Source: an uncultured virus (IMG/VR IMGVR_UViG_3300003402_000002) (taxonomy: Duplodnaviria; Heunggongvirae; Uroviricota; Caudoviricetes). Taken from it: 64,000 bases of DNA. Made by a program: the position numbers and the translations under genes. Of this stretch, positions 37,638 through 47,260 are shown in pieces (position 1 is the stretch's first letter; the number at the start of each line of letters is the position of its first letter). The stretch covers positions 1 to 64,000 of the IMG/VR virus record IMGVR_UViG_3300003402_000002, one strand, 5' to 3'. Under the pieces are notes generated by a model, which ran no database searches, was not told the origin of the DNA, and saw only the letters and a list, made by a program, of their open reading frames with translations.

Positions 37638-39908
37638 TTAGACGATCGGGTACTTCAGACCATCCAGGTACACGTTGCTCACACCCGCGATAGCCAGCGC
37701 CGGGGTGGCGGTCTTGTCGACCAGCGCCGCGGTCAGGCCCTTGACGGTGATGATTGCCAGCACCGGCATGTTGTTCAGGTGCAGAGTACGCGGCTGAACG
37801 GTGGCTTCCTTGGTGGTTGCACCGTTACGGCTGACCGGCATGGTCGCGATCAGTTCAGACATCCAACCGTGCGTACCGAAGGTCAGCGGGTCCGGACCAT
37901 CGGCGTTCGGACGGCTCATCGAGATGATGATCTTGCCGTACACACGACGGTCGGTCGAGCTCTTGACCACAGCCTTGTCGAACACCGTACCGAAGGTGCG
38001 GGTATCGCCGTTCACCAGCAGGTGACGGATCAGCACCTGGTCGGTACCGACCAGCAGGATCGGAGCCTCACCGGCCACGCCGGTCAGGGCGTCGATCGCC
38101 GGCTGGATCTTGGTGTACTGGTACATGCGGTAGGCGATATCGCGCACCGCGTTCACCAGGGTCGCCGAGACGTCCATCGCACGATCCTGCGACTTCACCG
38201 AGTTGATGCTGGTCACGAGGTCCAGATCATGCTCTTCGAAGAACGGATCAATCAGGAAGCGACCCAGGCCGCCCACACCGGAGACCTCACCGGCCGGCAG
38301 AGCGGGACCCTTCACGGCCTCACGCAGCTGGTCAGCGATGTCGAAGATCGCGGTAACGGCGTTGTTGCTGTTACGCATGCGCGCCGCAGCAATCAGCATC
38401 TTCTGGTCAGCCGCGTCGCGGCCACCGTCCGAGGTCACCGGGGAGGTGATGCTCAGCGGGCTACCCAGCGGGATCGAGTACCGCGAGGTCTCGTAGACGG
38501 CGTCCAGCAGATGACCGCGAGTACGCTTGTTGGCGTTGGTGCGGTTCACACGCAGGGTGTAACCGACCACAGCCAGCGTAGCCAGGTCATTGACGATCGC
38601 CAGACCCGCGCCCGCACCGGTCGGGATCACGTTACCGTTGGCGTCCTGGATGCTCTGGACCGACACCGAAGCCGCCCAGACCTTGACGTTACCGAACTCG
38701 ACGTTCAGCTCGCCGGAGACGTTCAGCGACAGACGCACGGTGTACGAACCCGAGACGATACCATCAAACTCGGTAATCGAGCTACCGTCGACGGCCTTGG
38801 TGTTCTTGTCGATCACCAGGTCAGTGGAGGTGAACTGCAGACCCATCAGACGGCTATTGCCTTCCACGGTCTTGGTGAAACCCGAGCGCGCCAGACGACT
38901 CACCGGGAACTCGACACCCTTACCCGCGCCCACGGCCAGGTACAGGTTGTCCAGCACGATACGAGTATCGACGTCATCGCTGTGGTCGATCACGCCCGCG
39001 CCCACCAGCGGCTGATACTGGGAGATACCGATCAGGTCGATCTCCTGGTTCAGCTTCAGCGGTGCCGTCGGCACGTCGTAGTTACCGACGCGCTGGGTGA
39101 ACGGAGCCACCACGGAAGCGGCCACGAACTTGTCGGCGTTGGAGTTGTCCGACTGCACTACCGGCACCAGGCGGGTGTGTTCGTCAGCCAGGACGGTGTA
39201 GTCCACCGCCGCGTCGATCAGGTTACGCTTGCCGAAGTTCACCTTGTTGCCATTGGCAGCATGACGGACTTCATTGAAGACCTGCATGCGAGCCACGGTG
39301 ATATCCAGACCAGCCTGGTCCGGGGAGACCACGGTGGTCGGGAAGAACATCTCCGAGAAGTCATCCTGGCGCGAGGCAAAGATGTTGAAGATGATCGAGA
39401 ACGGCAGGTGCTCACGGAGCTCCTTGTCGTTGAACGCTTCCATGGCGACTTCGCCACGGTAGTCCATCGAGGCAGCGCTGTCGCCCGCCTGGCTGTCGAT
39501 CACCGATACGCCGGGTTCAGCCTGCGCCTGACCCTGATAGGCGGCACGAGCATAACTTTCCGGATCACCGGCCGCCATCGCAGCCATCGCACCGGCATCC
39601 AGTGCGGTGTCCAGACGCTGAGCGGCCACAGCCTGCTCTTCGGGGGTAGCATCGGCATCGGCTTCCAGACCGAAACTCCGGCCCAGACCCTTGATCGAGC
39701 CCAGCTGCTGCTTCAGAACGTTACGTACGTTCTCGAAGGTGTTGTTCAGGGCGTTGGCCGAATGGTTGTCGATGGATTCCATCGAAACCAGGTTCTTGGT
39801 GGCGGAACCCGAGACGAAGTCCTCGCCGTTGGTGCGAATCACGGAGGCCAGGTTCTGGGCCAGCTGGTTCAGCGGCGCAGTCTGACGGGCCTTGAGCTTC
39901 AGAGCCAT
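37638..39908 (-). CDS. major capsid protein (phiKZ gp120-like)
   Basis: AME|AFN prohead cleavage motif, ASRQDDFSEMFFPT, TNANKRTRG, TVQPRTLH; AAGGA RBS; strong codon bias. Confidence 0.88.
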   Translation of the reverse strand: MALKLKARQTAPLNQLAQNLASVIRTNGEDFVSGSATKNLVSMESIDNHSANALNNTFENVRNVLKQQLGSIKGLGRSFGLEADADATPEEQAVAAQRLDTALDAGAMAAMAAGDPESYARAAYQGQAQAEPGVSVIDSQAGDSAASMDYRGEVAMEAFNDKELREHLPFSIIFNIFASRQDDFSEMFFPTTVVSPDQAGLDITVARMQVFNEVRHAANGNKVNFGKRNLIDAAVDYTVLADEHTRLVPVVQSDNSNADKFVAASVVAPFTQRVGNYDVPTAPLKLNQEIDLIGISQYQPLVGAGVIDHSDDVDTRIVLDNLYLAVGAGKGVEFPVSRLARSGFTKTVEGNSRLMGLQFTSTDLVIDKNTKAVDGSSITEFDGIVSGSYTVRLSLNVSGELNVEFGNVKVWAASVSVQSIQDANGNVIPTGAGAGLAIVNDLATLAVVGYTLRVNRTNANKRTRGHLLDAVYETSRYSIPLGSPLSITSPVTSDGGRDAADQKMLIAAARMRNSNNAVTAIFDIADQLREAVKGPALPAGEVSGVGGLGRFLIDPFFEEHDLDLVTSINSVKSQDRAMDVSATLVNAVRDIAYRMYQYTKIQPAIDALTGVAGEAPILLVGTDQVLIRHLLVNGDTRTFGTVFDKAVVKSSTDRRVYGKIIISMSRPNADGPDPLTFGTHGWMSELIATMPVSRNGATTKEATVQPRTLHLNNMPVLAIITVKGLTAALVDKTATPALAIAGVSNVYLDGLKYPIV

Positions 39909-40164
39909 GTTGATTGTTCCTTGGAGTGTGTAATGAAGGGCAGCAGTGTAGCCAGTTCCCCACCGCTTGAATTGCAACAGTAGGGTCCTGAGCGCGCTGC
40001 CTTTCTTTCGAAGGGCGAGGACGACAGAACCACCACTCTAACGAAGGGTGCCCATACCATATTTGGCGAAACCGCCACTTTGGGTGCGGACACTCGGCAG
40101 TTTATCTACCAAATCATTAGGCATTGCAACTACGTGTTTTGTTACAGTGGATGCTTAGGAGGGG

Positions 40165-40680
40165 TTACGCACCGCACGAAACCGACTTAAGCCATCCGAG
40201 CATCAGAGGCGAACCCATGACAGACTCGAGTGGCTTGAATGAAAGCAGCTGTTGAATCAGGCGATCAAAGAATACCTGTTCACAGGCTGCGTTACCCAGA
40301 CTGGCGTCGGCACTAGCCGTGTGGGTAACGATAATCAAATCTTCCTCCATACAATCACTGGAGAGAGTACCACGCTCCGTGCGATAATCCGCATCGGTTC
40401 CGTTTTGCACCAGTGAGTTGTACTTAGTCAACGTTTCCTGGGAACGACCGGTCGACGTGAAGGGGATCGCGGCGTTTGGACCAAACAGCAAGTTCGGTAA
40501 TGTGTCTTGTGCTGCCTGAGGCATCGGGCAATGTCCGGGTGTATTGCAGAACAAATAAAAAGCAACGTCATCTGAGGATAGTGTGTCCAAAAGTCGTTCG
40601 ATGTTCCGGTAGTCGGCGCCGTGCAGATCCGACTGCTTCAGCACAGGGTAAAGGTGTTGGGGGACGTACACGATGTTCAT
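40165..40680 (-). CDS. conserved hypothetical protein (phiKZ gp119-like position)
   Basis: 171-aa ORF between the helicase and MCP genes. Confidence 0.6.
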   Translation of the reverse strand: MNIVYVPQHLYPVLKQSDLHGADYRNIERLLDTLSSDDVAFYLFCNTPGHCPMPQAAQDTLPNLLFGPNAAIPFTSTGRSQETLTKYNSLVQNGTDADYRTERGTLSSDCMEEDLIIVTHTASADASLGNAACEQVFFDRLIQQLLSFKPLESVMGSPLMLGWLKSVSCGA

Positions 40681-40709
40681 ACGAAAACCTTCGGTTGGAA
40701 AGAGAGATA

Positions 40710-42299
40710 ATGGATCCTAAACTGCTGTTGGTGAAGATCGCCACCTTACTTTACAAAGAAAGCCAGCTAAACGATCCAACGTCCCAGTCGTCGACTTTGA
40801 TCAAAGAAGTGTTAGGAACCGTCAAGATCCCAGAGACGTCATTGGATCTGGACCGTTCCCGAGAAACGCTGCATAACTTGCGCGTGACGATTGGATGGAT
40901 GAGTGAGCAGCGCGATGGCGCACTGGACCGTGCTAGTATTCTGCAGCGCATACGCATCAACACCGCCGACGACGAATCGCTTTTCTATGCGTTCGAAGCC
41001 GGTATTGAGGATTTGGAAGACCCGGAGCAACTAAAGCGTCAATGCTTACAACTTCGGATGGAACTCCGGGATCATATCAATCAGACCAATATTCAAGAGA
41101 TTCTGAGACAGTTCTCTCATCAGGTGAACTTTAAACCCGAATCCGTGGACTGGCGGTCGGTGATCTCAGACATGAATCAGAAGCTCGAACCCTACGCTAA
41201 CAGCTGCGCAGAGGAGTTCAAGATTCCGGGCATGTTGAATGTGGTGAATCTAGCTGACTCAGACAACGTCCAGTCGTTGATCCAGCAAGCGGCTAAGGAA
41301 ACGTCCAAAGACGGTATCCTACGTTGCGGTTACCAAGCCGTCAATCGCATGTTGGGTGATCACGACGGTTTCCGTCGTGGTGAGTTCGTGATCGTGGGCG
41401 CTCTACAACATAATTACAAGACGGGCTTTACACTCAACCTGTTCAAACATTTCGCCTTGTACAACGTTCCGTATCTGCGAGACCCTACAAAGAAGCCGTT
41501 GCTCCTCCATATCTCCGCCGAGAACGAACTGCATCTTAATATCGTGCAGCTCTACGCGTCAATCTGGGAGAACGAAAATCGTAAGGAAGCTGATCTCGGA
41601 CAGTTCAATCATCCTGATCCTGAGATCCGTGCCGCAGCGATTGCAAAAGCCCAAACGTACATTTACGAGAAAATGTCCGTCAACGGCTACCATATTGAGA
41701 TGGCTCGTGTGGAACCATCGACGTTCACGTTCCAATCGTTTACCGATATGGTGGCGATGTATGAAGCGCAGGGTTACGAAATCCACGCCATCGTGTTTGA
41801 CTATTTGAACATGATGTCGAAACGCGGCTGTCAGCAAGGTGGCCCCACAGGTTCCGAAGTCCGTGACTTGTTCCGTCGCATTCGAAATAATACAGCGCCT
41901 CGAGGCATCACGTTGATTACACCCGCACAGTTGTCCACGGAAGCAAAGAAGCTCACCCGTATGGGCATCAACGACTTCGTCAAACATCTCGAAGGTAAGG
42001 GTTATTACGACAGTTGTGGTACGATCGACCAAGAAGCGGATCTGGAGATCTTCATCCATATCGAGAAGGTCAACGGGGAATCGTTCCTAACCATCCAACG
42101 CGGTAAGCATCGTAAACCGACCAATACTCCCGATCGTTTCCGTTACACGGTTTTGCCGTTTAATCCGATCGGTGGTGTGTTGGATGATCTGTTAGGTCGT
42201 GACTCTTCCCGCCGGGTGGCAGGTGGTGGTCCAGAGGGCAGTGGTGAAGAGATGCCTTGGTTTGCCACCACAGGCACCGAGACCGCTTTACCGATTTAG
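40710..42299 (+). CDS. dnaB: replicative DnaB-like helicase (phiKZ gp118-like)
   Basis: GFRRGE, variant Walker A GALQHNYKT, HISAEN, Walker B IVFDYL, TPAQLS, QRGKHR. Confidence 0.85.
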   Translation: MDPKLLLVKIATLLYKESQLNDPTSQSSTLIKEVLGTVKIPETSLDLDRSRETLHNLRVTIGWMSEQRDGALDRASILQRIRINTADDESLFYAFEAGIEDLEDPEQLKRQCLQLRMELRDHINQTNIQEILRQFSHQVNFKPESVDWRSVISDMNQKLEPYANSCAEEFKIPGMLNVVNLADSDNVQSLIQQAAKETSKDGILRCGYQAVNRMLGDHDGFRRGEFVIVGALQHNYKTGFTLNLFKHFALYNVPYLRDPTKKPLLLHISAENELHLNIVQLYASIWENENRKEADLGQFNHPDPEIRAAAIAKAQTYIYEKMSVNGYHIEMARVEPSTFTFQSFTDMVAMYEAQGYEIHAIVFDYLNMMSKRGCQQGGPTGSEVRDLFRRIRNNTAPRGITLITPAQLSTEAKKLTRMGINDFVKHLEGKGYYDSCGTIDQEADLEIFIHIEKVNGESFLTIQRGKHRKPTNTPDRFRYTVLPFNPIGGVLDDLLGRDSSRRVAGGGPEGSGEEMPWFATTGTETALPI

Positions 42300-42320
42300 A
42301 ACAAAAAAACAAGTTGATAC

Positions 42321-42364
42321 TACTCTCCCTGTACTGACTTCGAAGTCAGTACAGGGAGAGTATG
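42321..42364. terminator. bidirectional palindromic hairpin
   Basis: 21-bp arms TACTCTCCCTGTACTGACTTC/GAAGTCAGTACAGGGAGAGTA, ending in TATG. Confidence 0.75.
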
Positions 42365-42372
42365 GTTTGTCG

Positions 42373-42708
42373 CTAAATCACTTGACTGTGTGCCGACCAC
42401 TCGCCTGGTCCGATGGGACGGTATTCGATTTCGAAGAGTCGCCCGATACTGTCTTTCGTACTACGTGTGATATGCGCTACCGTACTGAAATCTATCGCGT
42501 TCAGCACAGCCCCCAATAGCTCATAGGTAAGAGATTCCTCCTTCCTCTGTTCTGGACTTTCGAACGTGGGGATCAGGGAAGTGAGTCGTACAATCTCTCC
42601 GGCCTTGGTAGAGAATTCGAGGTCTTCCGTGGATTCTTCGAAAAAAGCATCCGGTGAAGTGTAACAGACGATGTTCTGAAGTTCATGGCGCAGGGCGGAT
42701 TCGTCCAT
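42373..42708 (-). CDS. hypothetical protein
   Basis: AAGGA RBS; 111-aa acidic ORF. Confidence 0.6.
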   Translation of the reverse strand: MDESALRHELQNIVCYTSPDAFFEESTEDLEFSTKAGEIVRLTSLIPTFESPEQRKEESLTYELLGAVLNAIDFSTVAHITRSTKDSIGRLFEIEYRPIGPGEWSAHSQVI

Positions 42709-42844
42709 GGTTATTCCTTTCTAGTGGTGTGCGTTAGGATAGTACGTATTTCAAGGTCACTCAAATCCCATTTTATGGAGGGAACCACGAAGAACCCCGC
42801 CTTTAGAAGCCGAAAGGTACCTCCTTATCCTTTAGGAGCTGGTA

Positions 42845-43183
42845 ATGATTGGGGTACAACTGCTGGGACTCCTCCTGCTCAAACATGCGATACTCGCGCA
42901 CGTCATCGACTTCGGTTACAGCGCCAGTCGGCGTGCGTATTGTAAGTACTGGTTACTCGCTCTATGCTTTCAAATCTTAGCCGAGCTCACGGGCACTTTG
43001 CTCGTGTTGAATCTTCCCGTTACACTCCACCTCAAAGTCGTTATCGCGATAGAGTGCTTAGGGTTGACTTTAGCAACGTTAGTGGAACGCCGCTCGTCGC
43101 TACCTCATCTTCTAAGGAACCACATCCTTTGTGAACTAACATTGCTTGGATTGTACGTAGTGATGTTAGCTTTGGTGCTATGA
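42845..43183 (+). CDS. multi-pass membrane protein
   Basis: AGGAG RBS; about four hydrophobic segments. Confidence 0.6.
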   Translation: MIGVQLLGLLLLKHAILAHVIDFGYSASRRAYCKYWLLALCFQILAELTGTLLVLNLPVTLHLKVVIAIECLGLTLATLVERRSSLPHLLRNHILCELTLLGLYVVMLALVL

Positions 43184-43204
43184 CAGTTCCAAGAAAAGAA
43201 GAAC

Positions 43205-43248
43205 GCATAAACCCCCACCTACCACTGACGGTAGGTGGGGGTTTATGA
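43205..43248. terminator. bidirectional hairpin
   Basis: 18-bp stem CATAAACCCCCACCTACC/GGTAGGTGGGGGTTTATG between convergent genes. Confidence 0.8.
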
Positions 43249-43250
43249 CG

Positions 43251-43802
43251 TCAGTACATCCGGCGAATGCAGGATCGCTGAAGGGATCCTGACAAAGACG
43301 GTGGGGTGACAGGGAAGCGACGTTGTAGGTAGTCCTGCGTTTTCTTCAAGGACGCGTTGCGTTTTGTCACCGTTTCTTCGTCCGGAAGTCTGGTAAGGTC
43401 GAAGGGTTTGAGTTCCTTACGGTGGAAGCTATATTTCCCCCAGAGGATAGAATGTACGTTGAGACCGTCTTCGACTGACAGTTCGGTTTTGATCGACCAG
43501 AGGATCAGATTAGAGCACAATCCCGGACGACGTAGCAACCAGCGGTTGTGGATGCGAAAGGTGATTTCGCGCAGAATCCATTCCCCGTACTCACCACGTT
43601 CGTAGTAGCGTACCAGTCCGTCAGCCAAGTCGTCCTCGACCCCCGTCTGGACGTAACCGACGCGTCCTCTGTATAGGAAAAGATCGAAGAACCGATCACC
43701 AACCAGCTCGAACACCCGAGCCATTTTCCCACTCAAGTGTTTGCTGATGATACGCATGCCAATCCAAAAACGATAAAACATGTTGTACTGAAGCTTCTGC
43801 AT
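43251..43802 (-). CDS. hypothetical protein (putative early gene)
   Basis: GGAG RBS; TATATTAC box upstream. Confidence 0.6.
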   Translation of the reverse strand: MQKLQYNMFYRFWIGMRIISKHLSGKMARVFELVGDRFFDLFLYRGRVGYVQTGVEDDLADGLVRYYERGEYGEWILREITFRIHNRWLLRRPGLCSNLILWSIKTELSVEDGLNVHSILWGKYSFHRKELKPFDLTRLPDEETVTKRNASLKKTQDYLQRRFPVTPPSLSGSLQRSCIRRMY

Positions 43803-43840
43803 GTCTTTAACTCCATCATGAGGTAAGTCTTGTACTCAGG

Positions 43841-43860
43841 AGGGTAATATAGTTTTCAAA
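43841..43860 (-). promoter_or_regulatory. phiKZ-type early promoter (TATATTAC)
   Basis: exact TATATTAC at 43844-43851 on the minus strand, about 40 nt upstream of an ATG. Confidence 0.55.
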
Positions 43861-43969
43861 ATCCCTGGCTTCAATGTGTAAAAAGACTGGTTTCACCGAT
43901 GGTATGAGAGGGACTGTCGCCCCGCCCTTGATATGCCATCCGCCCGACCTACTTAAAGGAAAGTGAATC

Positions 43970-45067
43970 ATGTCCAGTAATGACAAGCCGGCCGATCTTC
44001 TGATTGGTGGCGAACAGTATCTGACCAATCTCATCAACACCACGAACGGCACGTCGTTCGTCTATACGGACTTGGTGATTGGATCGCCAGCGGAAACCGA
44101 AGACGATATCTACAATACCGATATCGACGTCACGTTCCCCGTGGCGCCGACCCCCGGTGACCCTGCCCCCGCGCCAGTCACCGGTACGGTACATTACGGT
44201 CGTTTCGACCTCGGCCGTTTGTTCTCTAATCGCAACATTCGGATACACGACAACAACTACGCCACGACACATGCGTTATTGGCCCCGTTGTTGAATGAAG
44301 CGCGTTTGGCGTTTGAACCGGATGATATTGTTGATAGTGCGCTATCGGGNCCTTATCCGCGTCGGGTGGTGCTGAAGGCTGCCCCATTATCACTGCGCTT
44401 TATCGGACAGTTCTCGCTTGAAATCGCGGAGGCGGTGACGTACGACGCCAGTGTTGTTTCAGCGGTCGTGGTGACTGAAGGTACGAAGCCGTCTCAGAAA
44501 GCACTCAAGACTGACGGTACTCTGATTGTAGGCGAGCACAACTCCGCTGAGCAGATGATTGTGGCCACCAATGGTGAACTAGAGATCGCTGGCGCCGCGC
44601 GGCTGCTGAAATACAACGGCGTGTTCAAACCCACGAGCAGTGCGTACTACATCAACGTGGCGGACAACGATGACTGGACGCTCCCGTTTAGCTTCTTGCT
44701 GAAAAACACCAAGAACGCGGATCGCGTGACGGATCTCTACGATTGCTTCGTCAAGGTGACGTCGGTGGAAGCCAATTCGTACCTGAACTTCCAGCTGAAG
44801 CGTCAGTACGGTAAGCTCCTGCTGGAGGACACCACCAACCAGATCACTATCACTGATCCCGCGGCGTATAACGAACAAGGGTCGCTCTACCAGGATCTGT
44901 TGCGTCCAACTTATTACCGCGCTAAGTTCGGTAGTATCGCTAAGAACGCTCTGGGCGCCCCCTACGGGACGTTCGAGGTTGAACTCAAGGCAGTGTCCAA
45001 GAACGGCGGCGCAGACGTTGTCGTGGCCTTTACGGTCCACGTGGACGGTCTACCTGATACGCCGTAA
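43970..45067 (+). CDS. gp131-family-like virion protein with additional C-terminal beta domain
   Basis: VHYGRFDL...VLKAAPLSLRFIG motif; AAGGA RBS. Confidence 0.55.
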   Translation: MSSNDKPADLLIGGEQYLTNLINTTNGTSFVYTDLVIGSPAETEDDIYNTDIDVTFPVAPTPGDPAPAPVTGTVHYGRFDLGRLFSNRNIRIHDNNYATTHALLAPLLNEARLAFEPDDIVDSALSXPYPRRVVLKAAPLSLRFIGQFSLEIAEAVTYDASVVSAVVVTEGTKPSQKALKTDGTLIVGEHNSAEQMIVATNGELEIAGAARLLKYNGVFKPTSSAYYINVADNDDWTLPFSFLLKNTKNADRVTDLYDCFVKVTSVEANSYLNFQLKRQYGKLLLEDTTNQITITDPAAYNEQGSLYQDLLRPTYYRAKFGSIAKNALGAPYGTFEVELKAVSKNGGADVVVAFTVHVDGLPDTP

Positions 45068-45138
45068 GCATCACGTTATGAGACTGCCTTTGGGTGGTAC
45101 TCGTTTCTAACCACCTTTTTCACAAAGTGAGAACGAAC

Positions 45139-45609
45139 ATGCCCTCTCCAACGAGCACGAAAGCTCAGCTGGTGATGCTGATGAACGATTCCCTCAATCA
45201 GCAGTTCATTGCAGCAAACTACGCCGAGGGTGATGTCACCCTGGGTGCTCCTCAAGTCAATACCGACACGACCCACCCCAACCACGACTTCAACACCGTG
45301 ATCTCGGCAACGATCGGTTCGGGCGAGACTCAACAGGTCTTCACTCTGCACTATAATCGTCTGGACATCGCCCAGCTGCTCGCGCCGCGCGGCCCGTCGA
45401 TTGACGGGGACGGTACGGAGACCAGTACGCACGATACGCTCCCGCTCGTGAACGCGCACATCGGTTTTAANCTGGATGNCGCCGACGTCAGCGATGACCT
45501 GCTCACGACGGTGGATGCCGACAANAGTACGATCACCTTGAAGGCGACGGCTACCAGTCTGGCGGTATACGGTCAGGGCGAGCTGAACATCACTAACCCG
45601 CCAGGTTAA
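45139..45609 (+). CDS. gp131-family-like virion protein
   Basis: LHYNRLDI...ITLKATATSLAVYG motif. Confidence 0.55.
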   Translation: MPSPTSTKAQLVMLMNDSLNQQFIAANYAEGDVTLGAPQVNTDTTHPNHDFNTVISATIGSGETQQVFTLHYNRLDIAQLLAPRGPSIDGDGTETSTHDTLPLVNAHIGFXLDXADVSDDLLTTVDADXSTITLKATATSLAVYGQGELNITNPPG

Positions 45610-45642
45610 TGAACTCGGGTTAAAGAAAGAAAGTATTACTAA

Positions 45643-45680
45643 CCCCCTACCCTCCTGCGTGGAGGGTAGGGGGAGTATGT
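45643..45680. terminator. hairpin between convergent genes
   Basis: CCCCCTACCCTCC/GGAGGGTAGGGGG followed by AGTATGT. Confidence 0.7.
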
Positions 45681-45686
45681 TGTCAT

Positions 45687-45869
45687 TCAATCTTCGTCGT
45701 CTTCAAAATGCTGGTCACGGTCAGGGTCAACATCGGCGCTGCTGGCTTGTCCGTCTTCAACGGCTTGATGGAGAGTTCGAGCGCCTTCTGGACACAGAGC
45801 AAAGGGATTGTTTCGACACTGCGAACAGACATCCAGGTGTTGATGAAAGACATTCTGGTCAATGGACAC
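45687..45869 (-). CDS. small putative Zn-binding protein
   Basis: H..H..VCSQC......LC; overlaps the DHFR stop; AAGGA RBS. Confidence 0.5.
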   Translation of the reverse strand: MSIDQNVFHQHLDVCSQCRNNPFALCPEGARTLHQAVEDGQASSADVDPDRDQHFEDDED

Positions 45870-46500
45870 GATGGTTTTCCTTCTTCACTGCGGACATGGG
45901 CGATCGACGGTAAAATAGTCTGTCCCAGGGAATGAACGTCGTGTCGTTGGGATCTTTGGGATCATCGAACGAGTCAACTGAAACCTTTTCCCAGAGAATT
46001 TGATCGTCCCCAATAAGGAAGCTCGAGGGAAAGAATGCGTCAGCGTGTTCCACTCGCGTACGGATGGTGCTCAAGATAATTTGCTGAGCGCGCGGGTAAA
46101 CAGCCCGATACAATTGCTCCCCGCCGATCACAAAGACTTGACGATCCGGACCTTCGAATTGGTTCAGGACGGTCTGCGCAACTTCAGCTTTGCGCAGGGC
46201 TTCTTCCAGCGAATCCACCACTTCCAAAGAGGTGTTTCCCTCTTCGTCGTAATAACTCGGTGGTTGAAAGGGTAGTGTAGTGGACACCACGATATTGTGG
46301 CGCTTGGGGAGAGGTTTGGATCCCAGACTCTCAAAGGTCTTACGGCCCATGATCACGATATGTCCGGTTGTGGTTGTGCGGAAGCTACGCATGTCTTCTT
46401 TGTGTTTGAACAACAGGTGGTTCTCGAAACCGATGGCGAAGTTTAAGTCGCAAGCTGCGATCAGCGTGATATTCACAGTAAAGTCCTTTGCAGTGCGCAT
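45859..46500 (-). CDS. folA: dihydrofolate reductase
   Basis: LIAA...AIG, EDMRSFR, VIMGRKTFESLG.KPLPKR.NIVVS, VFVIGGEQLY, DAFFP. Confidence 0.92.
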   Translation of the reverse strand: MRTAKDFTVNITLIAACDLNFAIGFENHLLFKHKEDMRSFRTTTTGHIVIMGRKTFESLGSKPLPKRHNIVVSTTLPFQPPSYYDEEGNTSLEVVDSLEEALRKAEVAQTVLNQFEGPDRQVFVIGGEQLYRAVYPRAQQIILSTIRTRVEHADAFFPSSFLIGDDQILWEKVSVDSFDDPKDPNDTTFIPWDRLFYRRSPMSAVKKENHRVH

Positions 46501-46546
46501 ACTGTCCTCTGTTACCGTTTTTAGGTAACAGAGGACAGTAGCGTGG

Positions 46547-47164
46547 TTATTCGGCGTAGGGGTTTGGCGTGACAAATTCGCGAGTCATCAAACGGTCTAA
46601 GAACTTCTGATCATCTTCGGAGCGGTTCTTGGCTGGTATCTCTCGGACGTCTTTGAGCGTAATAGGTAGGTCCGGACGCTTAGTGCGTAGATCCTCGACT
46701 TCGAGATCTACCTTACACCATGTCCGGGGGTTACCGGACTCGTCGTAATACACGTCGATTTCCCAAAGGAGTTCGCTCTCAGGAACCTTGAACACGTAGC
46801 GGGTCTTTAACATTCCGCCCGAGGAGAGTTTCTTAAACTCCTCCATGATGTTCTTACCGACCTTCGGTGGTAACTCCGTTTCGGTTTCGAACAAATTCCC
46901 TTTGTCCGGTTTGTAAGTCTTCGTGGTGAGGATATACGTCTTACCGTCAATACAGCGTATACGCACACACCCTGCATATGGCGACCCGTCGGATTGGTGG
47001 CGGATCTCCCATTGTTCTTGGTCTTCTTTGGAGTCGGCTTTCTCAAGCTCCTTAAAGTCCTGGATCTTACCGTAGAGTACGATCTCTTTCTCTACACGGG
47101 TCTGTCCATCAGTCACGCCTTCGAGAGACGCTTGGATACCTTTCAACAGAGGAAACGAATTCAT
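46547..47164 (-). CDS. CYTH-like (triphosphate tunnel) protein
   Basis: VEKEI, VRIR...LTTK, ETETE, KTRYVF, WEIDVY, KVDLEV. Confidence 0.65.
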   Translation of the reverse strand: MNSFPLLKGIQASLEGVTDGQTRVEKEIVLYGKIQDFKELEKADSKEDQEQWEIRHQSDGSPYAGCVRIRCIDGKTYILTTKTYKPDKGNLFETETELPPKVGKNIMEEFKKLSSGGMLKTRYVFKVPESELLWEIDVYYDESGNPRTWCKVDLEVEDLRTKRPDLPITLKDVREIPAKNRSEDDQKFLDRLMTREFVTPNPYAE

Positions 47165-47211
47165 AAACGCTCTCAAAAGTGTTCGGTCATAAGATTCCCT
47201 CCTTACCGACA

Positions 47212-47246
47212 GCATGCTCCAGGGGCGGCGGACCGCCCCTGGAGCA
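47212..47246 (-). terminator. intergenic hairpin
   Basis: TGCTCCAGGGGCGG/CCGCCCCTGGAGCA. Confidence 0.65.
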
Positions 47247-47260
47247 CTCACCTCACACCG

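Noticed and set aside
37779..39983. 734-aa ORF antisense to the major capsid gene
   Set aside because: Shadow of the MCP's strong GC3 codon bias; no RBS or recognisable motifs
40476..40709. N-terminal extensions in the ORF track (dnaB, MCP, nrdJ, phoH, DHFR, CYTH, ruvC)
   Set aside because: They overlap neighbouring genes or hairpins; downstream starts have better RBS and fit family N-termini
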